Of a stretch of 64,000 nucleotides of DNA, positions 19,284 through 29,347 are shown one piece after another. The stretch is from an uncultured Acidobacteriota bacterium (GTDB lineage Bacteria; Acidobacteriota; Vicinamibacteria; Vicinamibacterales; UBA823): positions 19,004-83,003 of the forward strand of contig CAJXDY010000003.1 of assembly GCA_913052135.1 (NCBI GenBank), given 5' to 3'. Each line of letters starts with the position of its first letter. Within the stretch, counting starts at the first letter, position 1. The notes beneath the pieces were generated by a model. That model searched no databases. It was given only the letters and a program-made list of their open reading frames with translations, and was not told the DNA's origin. Both the position numbers and the translations under genes were made by a program.

Positions 19284-21398
19284 TTAATCCTTTTTGCCTG
19301 ACTGTCCGTCACTTTCTTGCTCTTGTAAAAGAGCCTTGCGACTGAGTCGGACTTTTCCTGAAGGGTCAACGTTTATCACCTTGACAAGGATGCGTTCGCC
19401 GTCCTGAAGCTCATCACGAACGTCTTTGACACGATGATTTGCAATTTCCGAGACGTGCAGTAGGCCGTCGATTCCAGGCATGATTTCTACAAAAGCGCCA
19501 AAGTCGGTGATGCGTTGTACTCGACCCATGTATGATTTATTGAGCTCTGGGCTCGCTGTGAGTTCTTTGATGATATCGATTGCCTTCTGGGCAGAAGATT
19601 CATCAGACGATGCAACATTTACCTGTCCGTCATCTTCGACATTGATTTTGACACCTGTGCGCTCAATGATGCTTCTGATCATTTTTCCGCCTGGGCCAAT
19701 GACGTCGCGAATCTTATCTACCGGAATCTTGACCGTCACGATTCGAGGCGCATACGTGGAAATGTCTTCCCGAAAAGCTGGTAAGGTGCCTCTCATTTTA
19801 TCTAGAATGTGCAGCCTACCAACTCGTGCCTGCTCAAGTGCTTCACGCATGATCTCTGTAGTGATGCCAGCGACCTTAATGTCCATCTGTAGAGCAGTTA
19901 TACCTTTTTCGGTACCAGCAACTTTAAAGTCCATGTCGCCATAATGATCTTCAGCTCCAGCGATGTCACTGAGAATGGCGTGTTGCCCATTCTTCTCATC
20001 TAAAATAAGTCCCATCGCAACACCTGCAACAGGTGACGCCAATGGTACGCCGGCATCCATTAAGCTGAGAGTAGAGCCGCACACTGTGGCCATTGATGAC
20101 GAACCGTTTGATTCCAGAATTTCCGATACGGTGCGCATAGTGTAGGGAAATTTATCTTCATCTGGGATCACGGGTGCTAATGCACGTTCCGCAAGAGCAC
20201 CGTGTCCTATTTCCCTCCGTCCAGGGCCTCTTAGAAATTTTACTTCGCCGACTGAAAAAGGAGGGAAATTGTAATGCAACATGAATCGCCGATAAGTTTC
20301 ACCGGCCAGCGTTTCCATTTTTTGTTTATCGTCGCCAGTGCCTAAAGTGGTTATAACTAAAGCCTGCGTTTCACCCCTTGTGAACACCGCTGAACCGTGG
20401 GTGCGAGGTAACACGCTAACCTCAGACGAAATTGGTCGAATTTCGTCGAACTTTCTTCCATCTAAACGTATCTGACGCTCAAGAATTTCAGAACGTAATA
20501 CCTGTTCATTGAGTTCCTTGAATATCTGCTTGGCATCCGCACGCAGATTTGTATCGCCTTCTGGTAAGGTCGCCAGTAGGTCATCAAGAACTTGGTCAAC
20601 TTGGGCATAGTTCTCAATTTTTCCCCGGATGCGCATTGCGTCAGTTAATGGATTGAGTACTTTCGCCTCAATGTCACTTCGTCTCTCAGGAGCTATTGTA
20701 TGTGGCTCGACTGTTAATTTCTGTTTGCCGACCTCGCCTGCCATCGTGTCAATCAACTCGATAATTTGTTTGATAACAGCATGACCCTTTTCGAGCGCTT
20801 CCAGGATTTGACCTTCAGAAATTTGTTTAGCTCCGGCTTCAACCATTACGATGGCATCCTTAGTACCAGCAATAACTAGGTCCAGGATGCTGTTTTGTCG
20901 TTCTTCGTATGATGGGTTGATTACGTATTCACCTTCTATCAGACCGACACGCACTGATGCGATAGTTTGAGTAAACGGAATGTTTGAAAATGAAAGCGCT
21001 GCAGAGGCGCCCGTGAGGGCGAGGACATCAGAATCGTAGTTGGTATCCGCTGAGAGGACGAAGGCAATGACTTGTGTTTCGCGTTGCCATCCTTGTGGAA
21101 ATAGAGGGCGAAGTGGTCGATCAATCACTCGACTTGTGAGCGTTTCCTTTTCTGTCGGCCTACCTTCGCGCTTGAAAAACCCTCCTGGAATTCTGCCTGA
21201 GGCGTATGCGGATTCCTTGTAATCCACTGTTAAGGGAAGAAAATCAATGCCTTCGCGTGGGGTAGACGCACAGCAAGCTGTGACTAACACCATGGTATCG
21301 CCGTAACGGACCACTACAGCACCATCCGCCTGCTTAGCAAGTTTTCCAGTTTCGATCGAGAAAATCTCTCGTCCGATTTTCAGATCACGTGTGTGCAT
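19284..21398 (-). CDS. pnp: Polyribonucleotide nucleotidyltransferase (PNPase)
   Basis: Two RNase PH domains are followed by KH (IRDVIGPGGKMIRSI) and S1 (GRVQRITDFGAFVEI.PG.DGLLHVSE) domains. Its position after rpsO is canonical. Confidence 0.95.
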   Translation of the reverse strand: MHTRDLKIGREIFSIETGKLAKQADGAVVVRYGDTMVLVTACCASTPREGIDFLPLTVDYKESAYASGRIPGGFFKREGRPTEKETLTSRVIDRPLRPLFPQGWQRETQVIAFVLSADTNYDSDVLALTGASAALSFSNIPFTQTIASVRVGLIEGEYVINPSYEERQNSILDLVIAGTKDAIVMVEAGAKQISEGQILEALEKGHAVIKQIIELIDTMAGEVGKQKLTVEPHTIAPERRSDIEAKVLNPLTDAMRIRGKIENYAQVDQVLDDLLATLPEGDTNLRADAKQIFKELNEQVLRSEILERQIRLDGRKFDEIRPISSEVSVLPRTHGSAVFTRGETQALVITTLGTGDDKQKMETLAGETYRRFMLHYNFPPFSVGEVKFLRGPGRREIGHGALAERALAPVIPDEDKFPYTMRTVSEILESNGSSSMATVCGSTLSLMDAGVPLASPVAGVAMGLILDEKNGQHAILSDIAGAEDHYGDMDFKVAGTEKGITALQMDIKVAGITTEIMREALEQARVGRLHILDKMRGTLPAFREDISTYAPRIVTVKIPVDKIRDVIGPGGKMIRSIIERTGVKINVEDDGQVNVASSDESSAQKAIDIIKELTASPELNKSYMGRVQRITDFGAFVEIMPGIDGLLHVSEIANHRVKDVRDELQDGERILVKVINVDPSGKVRLSRKALLQEQESDGQSGKKD

Positions 21399-21491
21399 AG
21401 GTATATCGCCTTTACTGATGTTTCGGGGAAGTGACGAACTTCACGGTTGTAGAGCTTATCCGGATGCTTCCACTAGGTGCTCTAGCAGAGA

Positions 21492-21761
21492 CTACTTACG
21501 AATACCCAGCCTTTGGATCAGATTCGCATAACGGTCCGAATCTTCCCGCTTAAGGTAATCTAGTAAGCGCCGTCGTTGTCCGACAAGTTTAAGTAAGCCT
21601 CGTCGTGAGCTATGGTCCTTCGCGTTTAACTTGGCATGCTCCGTTAGATAGCTAATGCGTTCGCTGAGCAGTGCGACTTGCACTTCTGGTGAACCTGTGT
21701 CGCTATCGTGGGTGCGATAGTCACCTATCAGTTTAGTTTTTTGCTCAGGTTGGAAAGCCAA
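21492..21761 (-). CDS. rpsO: 30S ribosomal protein S15
   Basis: [19 protein letters not shown]...[20 protein letters not shown] is typical of S15. The track starts at ATG 21776, which has no SD. TTG 21761 is preceded by GGAGGT with a 7-nt spacer and gives the standard 89-aa length, so I prefer it. Confidence 0.88.
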   Translation of the reverse strand: MAFQPEQKTKLIGDYRTHDSDTGSPEVQVALLSERISYLTEHAKLNAKDHSSRRGLLKLVGQRRRLLDYLKREDSDRYANLIQRLGIRK

Positions 21762-21786
21762 GTCAGTTACCTCCATGCACGGTCTA

Positions 21787-21823
21787 GCTTCAAGCGCGAA
21801 CTACAGATTGACGATCTTGAAGC
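21787..21823 (-). promoter_or_regulatory. Hairpin in the truB-rpsO spacer (truB terminator or rpsO leader structure)
   Basis: GCTTCAAG (21787-21794) pairs with CTTGAAGC (21816-21823), an 8-bp stem with a 21-nt loop. It lies about 26 nt upstream of the preferred rpsO start. S15 is known to autoregulate via leader structures in several bacteria. Confidence 0.35.
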
Positions 21824-21867
21824 CCACCGAGCCTTATAGATTTTCTTTCTCATTTTAAACATCCATT

Positions 21868-22839
21868 TTAAACCAGAACAACCGTCGGATGCAAAAGGCC
21901 TCTCGGTTTAGGTTGGGCGAGTGCGATGAGTGATCCGTCTTGACTTAGTAACCTAATCCAGGTTGTGGAATCCACAACTCCTGAAGTGGAACGGTTAAGA
22001 ATTGACCCCGTTCCATTAGAAATGTCTCTCTCTAGGAGAAGGTTTCCATGTGCAGCTCGTGTTTGACCGCGCAAAGTGAGTGTAACAGATGGTAGATGCT
22101 GCAATAGTTTTGAGAGTGGGATGATCTGTGTCAGTGCCGCCACACCTTGTTGTTGAATCTCAGAGAGCGAAATTGCAGTTTCAAGTCCAAATTCGCCACT
22201 TCGTTCTCGCCTGAGTGCTTCTAAATAAGCTCCGCAACCTAAGGCTTGCCCGATGTCATTTGTTAAGGATCGCACATAGAATCCAGGTGAGCAAACCAGA
22301 CGAATTCTGAGAAAATCGCCAGTGAATTCAAGTAAATCAAGACGTTCAACATGCACGTCTACCGGTTCTGGTGTAATTGGACGTCCTTGTCTTGCCAGTG
22401 TATACGCTCGCCGCCCGTCAATTTTCTTTGCTGAAAACGGTGGTGGAGTTTGGGAAAATGACCCGGTGAATTTATTGAGAACATTTTCAACACTATGGCG
22501 GTCGACTGACGGACCAGTCCGAGATTCCAAACCCATGATTACTTTGGAAGGCGACTGCTGAAACACACCAGTTCGGTCAAAGGTGTCAGTCGAGGCGCCA
22601 AGTCTTATTGAGGCTTCGTAGATTTTTGGTGCGATTGACAGAAATATTGCTAAGCGAGTCGCTCGTCCAATAACAAGCGGCAAGATCCCTGTAGCTAAGG
22701 GATCGAGAGTGCCGATGTGACCAATTTTCTTAATGTGCAACGCTCGACGTGTACGAACGACCACATCATGTGACGTGAGCCCTGAGGGTTTGTCAATAAG
22801 AAGCACGCCGTGATTTGGAGTCGGGTCTGACTGAAGCAC
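21868..22839 (-). CDS. truB: tRNA pseudouridine(55) synthase
   Basis: GVLLIDKPSGLTSHDVV...R.......KIGHIGTLDPLATGILP contains the catalytic Asp motif. It sits in the nusA-infB-rbfA-truB-rpsO-pnp context. Confidence 0.9.
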   Translation of the reverse strand: MLQSDPTPNHGVLLIDKPSGLTSHDVVVRTRRALHIKKIGHIGTLDPLATGILPLVIGRATRLAIFLSIAPKIYEASIRLGASTDTFDRTGVFQQSPSKVIMGLESRTGPSVDRHSVENVLNKFTGSFSQTPPPFSAKKIDGRRAYTLARQGRPITPEPVDVHVERLDLLEFTGDFLRIRLVCSPGFYVRSLTNDIGQALGCGAYLEALRRERSGEFGLETAISLSEIQQQGVAALTQIIPLSKLLQHLPSVTLTLRGQTRAAHGNLLLERDISNGTGSILNRSTSGVVDSTTWIRLLSQDGSLIALAQPKPRGLLHPTVVLV

Positions 22840-22884
22840 TTTCTGATGAACCTAGGCGTCACACGAGATGTGATCAGTTGATTG

Positions 22885-23880
22885 TTACGAATCAGGCGAG
22901 TTGTTATCGAGAGTTGCTGTTATCTTACTTATCAGTGTTTTACGAACAGCTTCTATAGGTACATCAGATGTAAAACCAGCTGCATTTGCATGTCCACCAC
23001 CCCCGTAGGTCACAGCGATAGCTCGAACATCAATGTCCCCCTTTGACCGGAGGCTAACCCGTAAAGGTTGTCCTTTTAAATCCTTAAAAAATGCGACGGC
23101 CTGCACCACTTCGGCTGACAGTGGAATATTGACAAGACCTTCGAGATCATCTTCAGAGCCTCCAGTGTCATTCATGATTTCGTCATTCAAATAAATTACC
23201 GCAAGCCGGTCAGAGGCTTCAAGGTCCATCTTGTTAAGGATGGCGCCGACAAGTTTTAGACGTCCACGGGTTCCACTATCAAAGATCTTGCGAGCGATAG
23301 AAGATGGATTCACCCCAGCCTCTACAAGTTGACGACACATCTCAAACGTTCTGGCGGTAATATTGCCATAGTGAAAAGATCCTGTGTCTGTAAGGGTGGC
23401 TAGGTAGAGGTGAGTAGCGATGTCATGTGTGATCGTGATACCCAGAAAACGAATTAGATCAAATACCATTTCACCGCAGGCTGCTGCTGTTTCGTCGATC
23501 CAATTGATATCGCCGTAGTTTTCGTTACCTAAGTGGTGGTCGATATTAATCGTATAGTTTCCTTGCAACTCTTCAACGCCTGGGCGACCCAAGTTGCTGC
23601 ACTCCATGACGACAAGAGCATCGAAGTTGCCCTTGGCAGTCGCCGAAATTTCAATGTCTTGAACACCTGGAAAGGTACGATACAAATCAGGCGTCGGATC
23701 GCAGTTGATTATCCGCACCTGTTTATTGAGCTGTTTTAGAGCGAATGCCATGGCCAGTTGAGAGCCGATTGCATCACCGTCAGGTCTTGCATGCGACGTA
23801 AGCAAGAACCTTTCCTGATTCTCTATCACAGCGCAAATACTTGCGAGCGTGCCATTCTTCCTCTTATTCGGCGTCATCAT
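22885..23880 (-). CDS. nrnA: DHH/DHHA1 phosphoesterase (NrnA-like nanoRNase / pAp phosphatase)
   Basis: HARPDGDAIGS, NIDHHLGN (DHH motif) and GGGHANAAG (DHHA1 motif) are present. It overlaps the rbfA stop by 17 nt, suggesting coupled translation. Confidence 0.8.
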   Translation of the reverse strand: MMTPNKRKNGTLASICAVIENQERFLLTSHARPDGDAIGSQLAMAFALKQLNKQVRIINCDPTPDLYRTFPGVQDIEISATAKGNFDALVVMECSNLGRPGVEELQGNYTINIDHHLGNENYGDINWIDETAAACGEMVFDLIRFLGITITHDIATHLYLATLTDTGSFHYGNITARTFEMCRQLVEAGVNPSSIARKIFDSGTRGRLKLVGAILNKMDLEASDRLAVIYLNDEIMNDTGGSEDDLEGLVNIPLSAEVVQAVAFFKDLKGQPLRVSLRSKGDIDVRAIAVTYGGGGHANAAGFTSDVPIEAVRKTLISKITATLDNNSPDS

Positions 23881-24253
23881 CGTTCAGTGTAGCTTGGTTG
23901 GCTTGTGCGGACAGACCCAGACCCTCAAGAAGTTCTTGGATTCGTTCGTGATGGCCGATTGATTCGTCAAAATTAAATCGTAATTCTGGTATGCGTTTCA
24001 GGTGGAGGCGTTTGCCTATCTGGCGCCGAAGAAAAGGAGCCGCGCGTTCTAAGGCTTTTGCACTGTTTTGACAGGCTTGCTGGTCACCTATGCATGTGTA
24101 ATAAACTCGCGCATGCTGTAGATCAGCTGTTAAATCTACGCGTGTGAGGGTTACGAACCCCAGACCGGGATCTTTCACGGTCCTAGTTAACAATTCGCTC
24201 AATTCGGATCGAAGAAGATCGGCTACACGTTCACGGCGAGATCCTTGCGACAT
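23864..24253 (-). CDS. rbfA: Ribosome-binding factor A
   Basis: R..RVADLLRSELSELL....KDP....VTLT.V.LT.DL..A.VYY matches the RbfA pattern. Its position downstream of infB is canonical. Confidence 0.9.
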   Translation of the reverse strand: MSQGSRRERVADLLRSELSELLTRTVKDPGLGFVTLTRVDLTADLQHARVYYTCIGDQQACQNSAKALERAAPFLRRQIGKRLHLKRIPELRFNFDESIGHHERIQELLEGLGLSAQANQATLNDDDAE

Positions 24254-24277
24254 GTAAGAACTTTCCTCACATCGATG

Positions 24278-24562
24278 TTATGTTAGAAATTCAACGCGGC
24301 TATCGCACACAAGTCCAGGGTGGACGCGCTCAATTTCATTTTCCGCTGCTGCCAAAGCTTGATCTACGGTTTTGGTGTCGGTGCTTACTGCGACGACATC
24401 TAAACGAGCTCTTTGCCACAAGTCCTGATGATCTGTCTCAGCAATTGCTATGTTAAATTTTCTAAGTCGATCTTTCACACTACGTATGACCATGCGTTTC
24501 TCCTTTAGGGAGCTGGCATTTGGTAGGTATAACTCAAGCGAGAGGAGCCCTACGACAGGCAT
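24278..24562 (-). CDS. DUF503 (YlxP-like) protein
   Basis: The 94-aa sequence LELYLP.ASSLKEKR.V.RS.KDRLR.KFN.A.AE.D.QD.W.RA matches the DUF503 family, which is commonly found between infB and rbfA. Confidence 0.75.
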   Translation of the reverse strand: MPVVGLLSLELYLPNASSLKEKRMVIRSVKDRLRKFNIAIAETDHQDLWQRARLDVVAVSTDTKTVDQALAAAENEIERVHPGLVCDSRVEFLT

Positions 24563-24578
24563 ATTCTAAGAATATAGA

Positions 24579-27206
24579 TTAGACAGTCACTGCGACTTTT
24601 TCAATCGTGAACGCCTCAATTACATCGCCGACCTTAATATCGTTAAAGCGATCGAATGCAATACCACACTCCAAGCCAGACTTGACTTCCTTTACGTCAT
24701 CCTTGAAGCGTTTCAGCGAGCCGATACGCCCTTCATGTATGAGCACATTATCTCGAACTAAGCGTGCCTGTGCTTGACCCTCGCGCGTCATTCGTCCTTC
24801 TGTGACCATACATCCTGCAATTAAACCAAATTTAGGCACCTTAAATGTTTCGCGAACAGTAGCCGCTCCAAGACGCAGTTCCTTAGCCGTTGGCTCCAGT
24901 AAGCCAGACATGGCCTTCTGGATTTCCTCGCTGATCTTATAAATGACTGTATGTAGCCGAACGTCAACGTGTTCACGTTCGGCTACGTCCCTCGCATTAC
25001 GATCAGGGCGGACGTTGAACCCAATTACGACGGCATTCGATGCTGAGGCCAGAAGGATATCAGACTCATTTATAGCTCCAACTCCAGCATGAATAATTTG
25101 AATCTTTACATCTTCATTGCTAAGTTTCGAAAGCGTCTCTCTTAGCACTTCAGCTGATCCCTGTACATCAGCCTTGATAATTACTGGAAGTTCCTTGACA
25201 TCGCCTTCCGCCATTTGTTGCTGAAGTGATTCAAGTGTCAGGGAACCGGCTCTGTTACCCAATGACCGTGCTTTTTCTTTTTCTTCTCTAACAAGAGCTA
25301 CTTGCCGCGCCTTGGCCACATCCGTAAGTGCTTGGAAGGCATCACCGGGTTTTGGTAATCCGGCAAGTCCGAGGACTTCGACTGGAGTTGATGGCGGTGC
25401 CTCCTTGATCTGCTGGCTTCGATCATCGATAAGTGCTCGAACTTTTCCAGTGACCGTCCCAGCAATGAAAGTGTCGCCTATTCGAAGCGTGCCATCTTGG
25501 ATGAGGATAGTCGCTACTGGACCTCGACCACGGTCGAGTTTTGCCTCCAGCACAGTGCCGGCCGCTTTCCTTTTTGGATTAGCTTTCAACTCGCCCAGTT
25601 CGGTAACCAGTATGATCATTTCAAGTAAAGCATCGAGGTTCTGTTTCTTTTTAGCCGAAACCTCGACAGTTACCGTTTTCCCACCCCATTCTTCTGGTGT
25701 CAGTTCGAGTTCGGATAGTTCTTTTTTTACCCGCTCAGAATTGGCCTCAGCTTTATCAATCTTATTCACCGCTACAATGATGGGGACCTCGGCCGCTTTA
25801 GCATGGTCGATCGCTTCTTTTGTCTGTGGCATGACTCCATCATCGGCAGCGACGACAAGAACGACGACATCTGTGACCTCGGCGCCACGAGCACGCATAA
25901 GTGTGAACGCTTCGTGACCTGGAGTATCTAGGAAAATTACACGCTGATTATTCACTTGTACGGTATAAGCACCAATATGTTGTGTAATGCCACCAGCCTC
26001 ACGTTCGGCAACACGAGTTTCCCGAATAGCATCTAGCAGGGTTGTCTTACCATGGTCGACGTGTCCCATGACAGTCACAACTGGTGCGCGGGTTACAAGA
26101 TCGCCTGGCTCTGATACTTGCTCCTCTATATGGAGCATCTCCTCTTCGAATGTACGCATCGTTACGTCAGCACCGAATTCACGCGCAATCGTTGTTGCAG
26201 TCTCAGTGTCAAGGGTGTTGTTAATTGTCATCATGATCCGCTTGTCAATGAGTTTCTTTAGAACATCTTTCGCACGCATTTCAAGCTTCTCTGCCAAATC
26301 CTTTACCGTCATGCCTTCTGCTAAAGTGATTGTCCGCGTTATTTCTGGAAGCGGTATCGGCTGGACTGGCGATGCCGTAGGACGTTGAGTTCGCTTCCGT
26401 CCACCAGGTCTTCCACCAGGGCGCCCTCGGTAAACTGGCCGATAGGCTGGGCGAGGGGCGCCCGGTCGTGCTGGGCGTACGGGTTGAGAGGGAAGTGGCC
26501 GAGGTCCACCGACCGGTGGTGTTTGCAATGGTGATACCGCGACTCGTGGTGAAGCGGTTTGAGTTACTTGACGCGCTCTTGGTTGAGTTTTTGGTCGTAT
26601 AGTAGATGGTTCCTTGGGTTGTGGCTTATCTTTCTCACCGAGTCGTCGAGAATCACTCGCTGGTTTATCAATTACGGCATCAACCGGTTTCGCTGTATCG
26701 GTCTCTTCGACTCTTAAGTGAAGCTTTGACGGGATAATCCGACCAGGTTTTTGAGATACTGGACCAGGTGTTGCTTTCGTTGGCTGTGTTTCTACAGTCT
26801 GTTCGACTATTTCTACAGAGGATGTTTCGACAGCAGTTTCATCAGCAAGGGGCGACTCTTCTTCTTCACTGACAGTTGGTTTGTGAGACTTGACCTTTAC
26901 GAGTCGTGGCGGTGGCAGTGGACGGCTTGCAGGTTTTTCAGTTTTGGAAGATTTTTCAGTCGTAACCTTACGCTTCTTAGCTTTGAGCGTAGGTTTTGAC
27001 AAAGGTTTAGAGAGTGGGTCCTTCGACGATATTGACAGGCCAAGCTCTTTGGCAACACGCTCAATAAATTGCCGTGCGACGACCTCTTCAATTGAACTTG
27101 ATGCGCTCTTAACATCGATTCCATGGTCGCGTCGAAGTCTGACTATGACATCCTTACTTGCAATATCAAGAATGCTCGCAACTTTATAAACTCGAACGGT
27201 GCTCAA
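24579..27206 (-). CDS. infB: Translation initiation factor IF-2
   Basis: An IF2 N-domain (VRVYKVA..L......I...L) is followed by a long Pro/Arg-rich linker. The GTPase domain has [24 protein letters not shown] and NKID. The C-terminal domains are present. TTG start with SD GAGGT. Confidence 0.95.
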   Translation of the reverse strand: MSTVRVYKVASILDIASKDVIVRLRRDHGIDVKSASSSIEEVVARQFIERVAKELGLSISSKDPLSKPLSKPTLKAKKRKVTTEKSSKTEKPASRPLPPPRLVKVKSHKPTVSEEEESPLADETAVETSSVEIVEQTVETQPTKATPGPVSQKPGRIIPSKLHLRVEETDTAKPVDAVIDKPASDSRRLGEKDKPQPKEPSTIRPKTQPRARQVTQTASPRVAVSPLQTPPVGGPRPLPSQPVRPARPGAPRPAYRPVYRGRPGGRPGGRKRTQRPTASPVQPIPLPEITRTITLAEGMTVKDLAEKLEMRAKDVLKKLIDKRIMMTINNTLDTETATTIAREFGADVTMRTFEEEMLHIEEQVSEPGDLVTRAPVVTVMGHVDHGKTTLLDAIRETRVAEREAGGITQHIGAYTVQVNNQRVIFLDTPGHEAFTLMRARGAEVTDVVVLVVAADDGVMPQTKEAIDHAKAAEVPIIVAVNKIDKAEANSERVKKELSELELTPEEWGGKTVTVEVSAKKKQNLDALLEMIILVTELGELKANPKRKAAGTVLEAKLDRGRGPVATILIQDGTLRIGDTFIAGTVTGKVRALIDDRSQQIKEAPPSTPVEVLGLAGLPKPGDAFQALTDVAKARQVALVREEKEKARSLGNRAGSLTLESLQQQMAEGDVKELPVIIKADVQGSAEVLRETLSKLSNEDVKIQIIHAGVGAINESDILLASASNAVVIGFNVRPDRNARDVAEREHVDVRLHTVIYKISEEIQKAMSGLLEPTAKELRLGAATVRETFKVPKFGLIAGCMVTEGRMTREGQAQARLVRDNVLIHEGRIGSLKRFKDDVKEVKSGLECGIAFDRFNDIKVGDVIEAFTIEKVAVTV

Positions 27207-27275
27207 AGTTACCTCATTTTAGCGTTGTTCATTCAACAGTTCACCGAATGTGAATACGTGTCATTGTTATCATCC

Positions 27276-28751
27276 CTAAGCCTGCTCAGTAGCTGATTCG
27301 TCGGCTGCTTTTTCGTCTATTGAGGGTTCTTTCTCAGTGAGTTGATCAGTGGTTCCGTCGGTTTCTTCCTCAGCAGACTGTTCAGGTGTTTCTTCCATCG
27401 CAGCTTCTGCAGCCGCTTGTTTAGCTGCTTCCTCGATCGCAGCTTCTGCAGCCGCTTGTTTAGCTGCTTCCTCGGCTGCCTCTTGCTCTAACTTGGCCTT
27501 TGTTTCAGCTGCCACATGAGCCGCATTCTGTAACGCTGTTGCCATTTCCTCGTCTGTCGATAACAAGTTGGCTATATCAGTTGCAGAACTCTCACGCAAT
27601 CGGTCTACTGAATTGAGTTCAGACGTAGATAGCGTTTCCCACATGGCGTCGGTAAAACCGTCCACAGTCGCAAGCGTTGCAGCTAACTCGAATTTCGCAT
27701 CAACTTCACGACGTACGTCCTCTTCGCTCTTGATGTCGATTTTCCAGCCTGTGAGTTTAGCCGCCAATCTAACGTTTTGCCCTTTCTTGCCGATTGCCAG
27801 TGAGAGCTGTTTATCTTCGACAATCACTTCTACCACTTTTTCTGCTTCGTCCACGACTGACAGGCTTTGAATACGGGCAGGGCTGAGCGCATTAGTGATT
27901 AAGGTGTTCACATCATGAGCCCATTCAATAATATCGATTTTTTCCCCTCTTAATTCACGAATGATGGATTGGACACGCGTTCCTTTCATGCCGACACATG
28001 CACCAACTGGATCAATGTCTCGTTCTTGTGAATGCACAGCGATCTTTGCTCGGTCGCCAGCTTCTCGCACTGCACCACGAATTTGCACCGTCCCGTCATA
28101 AATTTCTGGAACTTCTTGTTCAAATAATTTAATAAGAAGTGCTGGGTCCGTGCGTGAAAGAATAATTTGAGGCCCTTTTGTTCCACCGCGATTTACGCCC
28201 TTAATGACCGCACGTACTCGATCACCGACCGTATAGTTTTCAGCTCGCGATTGCTCCTTGCGTGGTAACAGGGCTTCAACCCGACCCATTTCGATAATAA
28301 TGTCGCCACTTTCAAATCGCTTTACGGTTCCATTGATGACTTCACCTTCACGGTCACCGTACTCAGCGTAGACATGTTCGCGCTCGGCTTCACGAACCTT
28401 TTGGAAGATAACTTGTTTTGCTGTCTGTGCAGCAATTCGACCCAAAACGTCAGTTGCTTTGGGGAATTCAATCGCCATATCTAGTTCAGCTTCATCGCCA
28501 TAGAGTTTTTGAGCCTCTTCGAGTGAAATCTCTGTCAGAGGATCGGTCACTTCATTCACAATATTTCGCACTGTGAATAACTCAACCTGTCCCGTTTCGA
28601 CATTAAACTTGGTGCGGAAGTCCTCGTCAGTTTTATAATATTTTCTGGAGGCAGTTAACACAGCATCTTCGATTGCCGTGATAACGACATCGGGTTCGAT
28701 ACCCTTTTCTTTCGCGAGCATTTCGATTGTTTGTTGTAATTCTTTACTCAT
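27276..28751 (-). CDS. nusA: Transcription termination/antitermination factor NusA
   Basis: The NusA N-domain, S1 domain and two KH domains (CVGMKGTRVQSI..EL.GEKIDI..W and AIGKKGQNVRLA..LTGWKIDI) are present. An acidic Ala/Glu-rich C-terminal tail contains a tandem duplication. Confidence 0.95.
   Translation of the reverse strand: MSKELQQTIEMLAKEKGIEPDVVITAIEDAVLTASRKYYKTDEDFRTKFNVETGQVELFTVRNIVNEVTDPLTEISLEEAQKLYGDEAELDMAIEFPKATDVLGRIAAQTAKQVIFQKVREAEREHVYAEYGDREGEVINGTVKRFESGDIIIEMGRVEALLPRKEQSRAENYTVGDRVRAVIKGVNRGGTKGPQIILSRTDPALLIKLFEQEVPEIYDGTVQIRGAVREAGDRAKIAVHSQERDIDPVGACVGMKGTRVQSIIRELRGEKIDIIEWAHDVNTLITNALSPARIQSLSVVDEAEKVVEVIVEDKQLSLAIGKKGQNVRLAAKLTGWKIDIKSEEDVRREVDAKFELAATLATVDGFTDAMWETLSTSELNSVDRLRESSATDIANLLSTDEEMATALQNAAHVAAETKAKLEQEAAEEAAKQAAAEAAIEEAAKQAAAEAAMEETPEQSAEEETDGTTDQLTEKEPSIDEKAADESATEQA
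27397..27474. repeat. Perfect 39-bp tandem duplication (2 copies) inside the nusA 3' region
   Basis: Positions 27397-27435 and 27436-27474 are both atcgcagcttctgcagccgcttgtttagctgcttcctcg. The repeat is in frame (13 codons) and encodes the EEAAKQAAAEAA(I/M) repeat in the NusA tail. Confidence 0.95.
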
Positions 28752-28760
28752 ATTAATCTC

Positions 28761-29252
28761 TTAAAGCTCCACCTCGAGTCTGCCTCGCGTAATGACACTG
28801 AACGATATTTGGTGCGTTTGTGCGCCAATATCGAGAGACAATTCATCATCTGTCACCTTGCGAATACGGCCTGTAAGAGAATGCTGGCCATTGATATCTT
28901 TCGAGGTAACAATTTTGGCAAGCTTTCCGACGAAACGTCGATACTCATTGACGTGTCGCAATGGTCGATCAAGACCTGGTGACGAAAGTTCAAGAGTGTA
29001 CGGCTGATCGAGTAAATCCTCGACGTCTAGTAATGCGCTAAGCTCTCGACTAACTTGTTGGCAATTTTCAATACTCACACCGTCCTGACCTTTTACGGCT
29101 GTCGCATCTTCGCAGTCGAGTATTACTCTCAGGACCCAGCCGGGCGCTTCACGGCGCAACTGCACATCGAAAATAGATAAGCCATAGCTATTAGCCACAC
29201 GTTTGGCCATTTGCCATACTTGTTCACGCTCGGCTTTATGTGCAGCAATCAA
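28761..29252 (-). CDS. rimP: Ribosome maturation factor RimP
   Basis: LELSSPGLDRPL is the RimP hallmark, and the gene is immediately upstream of nusA. The TTG start at 29252 has SD GAGGGGG 10-16 nt upstream. An alternative ATG at 29210 has no SD. Confidence 0.85.
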   Translation of the reverse strand: MIAAHKAEREQVWQMAKRVANSYGLSIFDVQLRREAPGWVLRVILDCEDATAVKGQDGVSIENCQQVSRELSALLDVEDLLDQPYTLELSSPGLDRPLRHVNEYRRFVGKLAKIVTSKDINGQHSLTGRIRKVTDDELSLDIGAQTHQISFSVITRGRLEVEL

Positions 29253-29269
29253 CCTGCTTTTTCCCCCTC

Positions 29270-29299
29270 AAAAACAAAAAGTGGGCACGTGCCCACTTT
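29270..29299 (-). terminator. Rho-independent terminator-like hairpin downstream of rimO
   Basis: Perfect palindrome AAAGTGGGCACGTGCCCACTTT at 29278-29299. On the minus-sense RNA it is followed by TTTTTGTTTTT. It lies 49 nt after the rimO stop and directly abuts the rimP SD (GAGGGGG). Confidence 0.6.
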
Positions 29300-29347
29300 G
29301 CTCACCTCCTAAAAGGTGACATATACAAGGATAACATTTTCGGACAG

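Noticed and set aside
25312-26388. Long plus-strand ORFs (201 aa and 133 aa) antisense to infB.
   Set aside because: They lie entirely within a well-supported IF-2 gene. They have low-complexity Ser/Ala/Thr-rich translations typical of antisense shadows and no SD.
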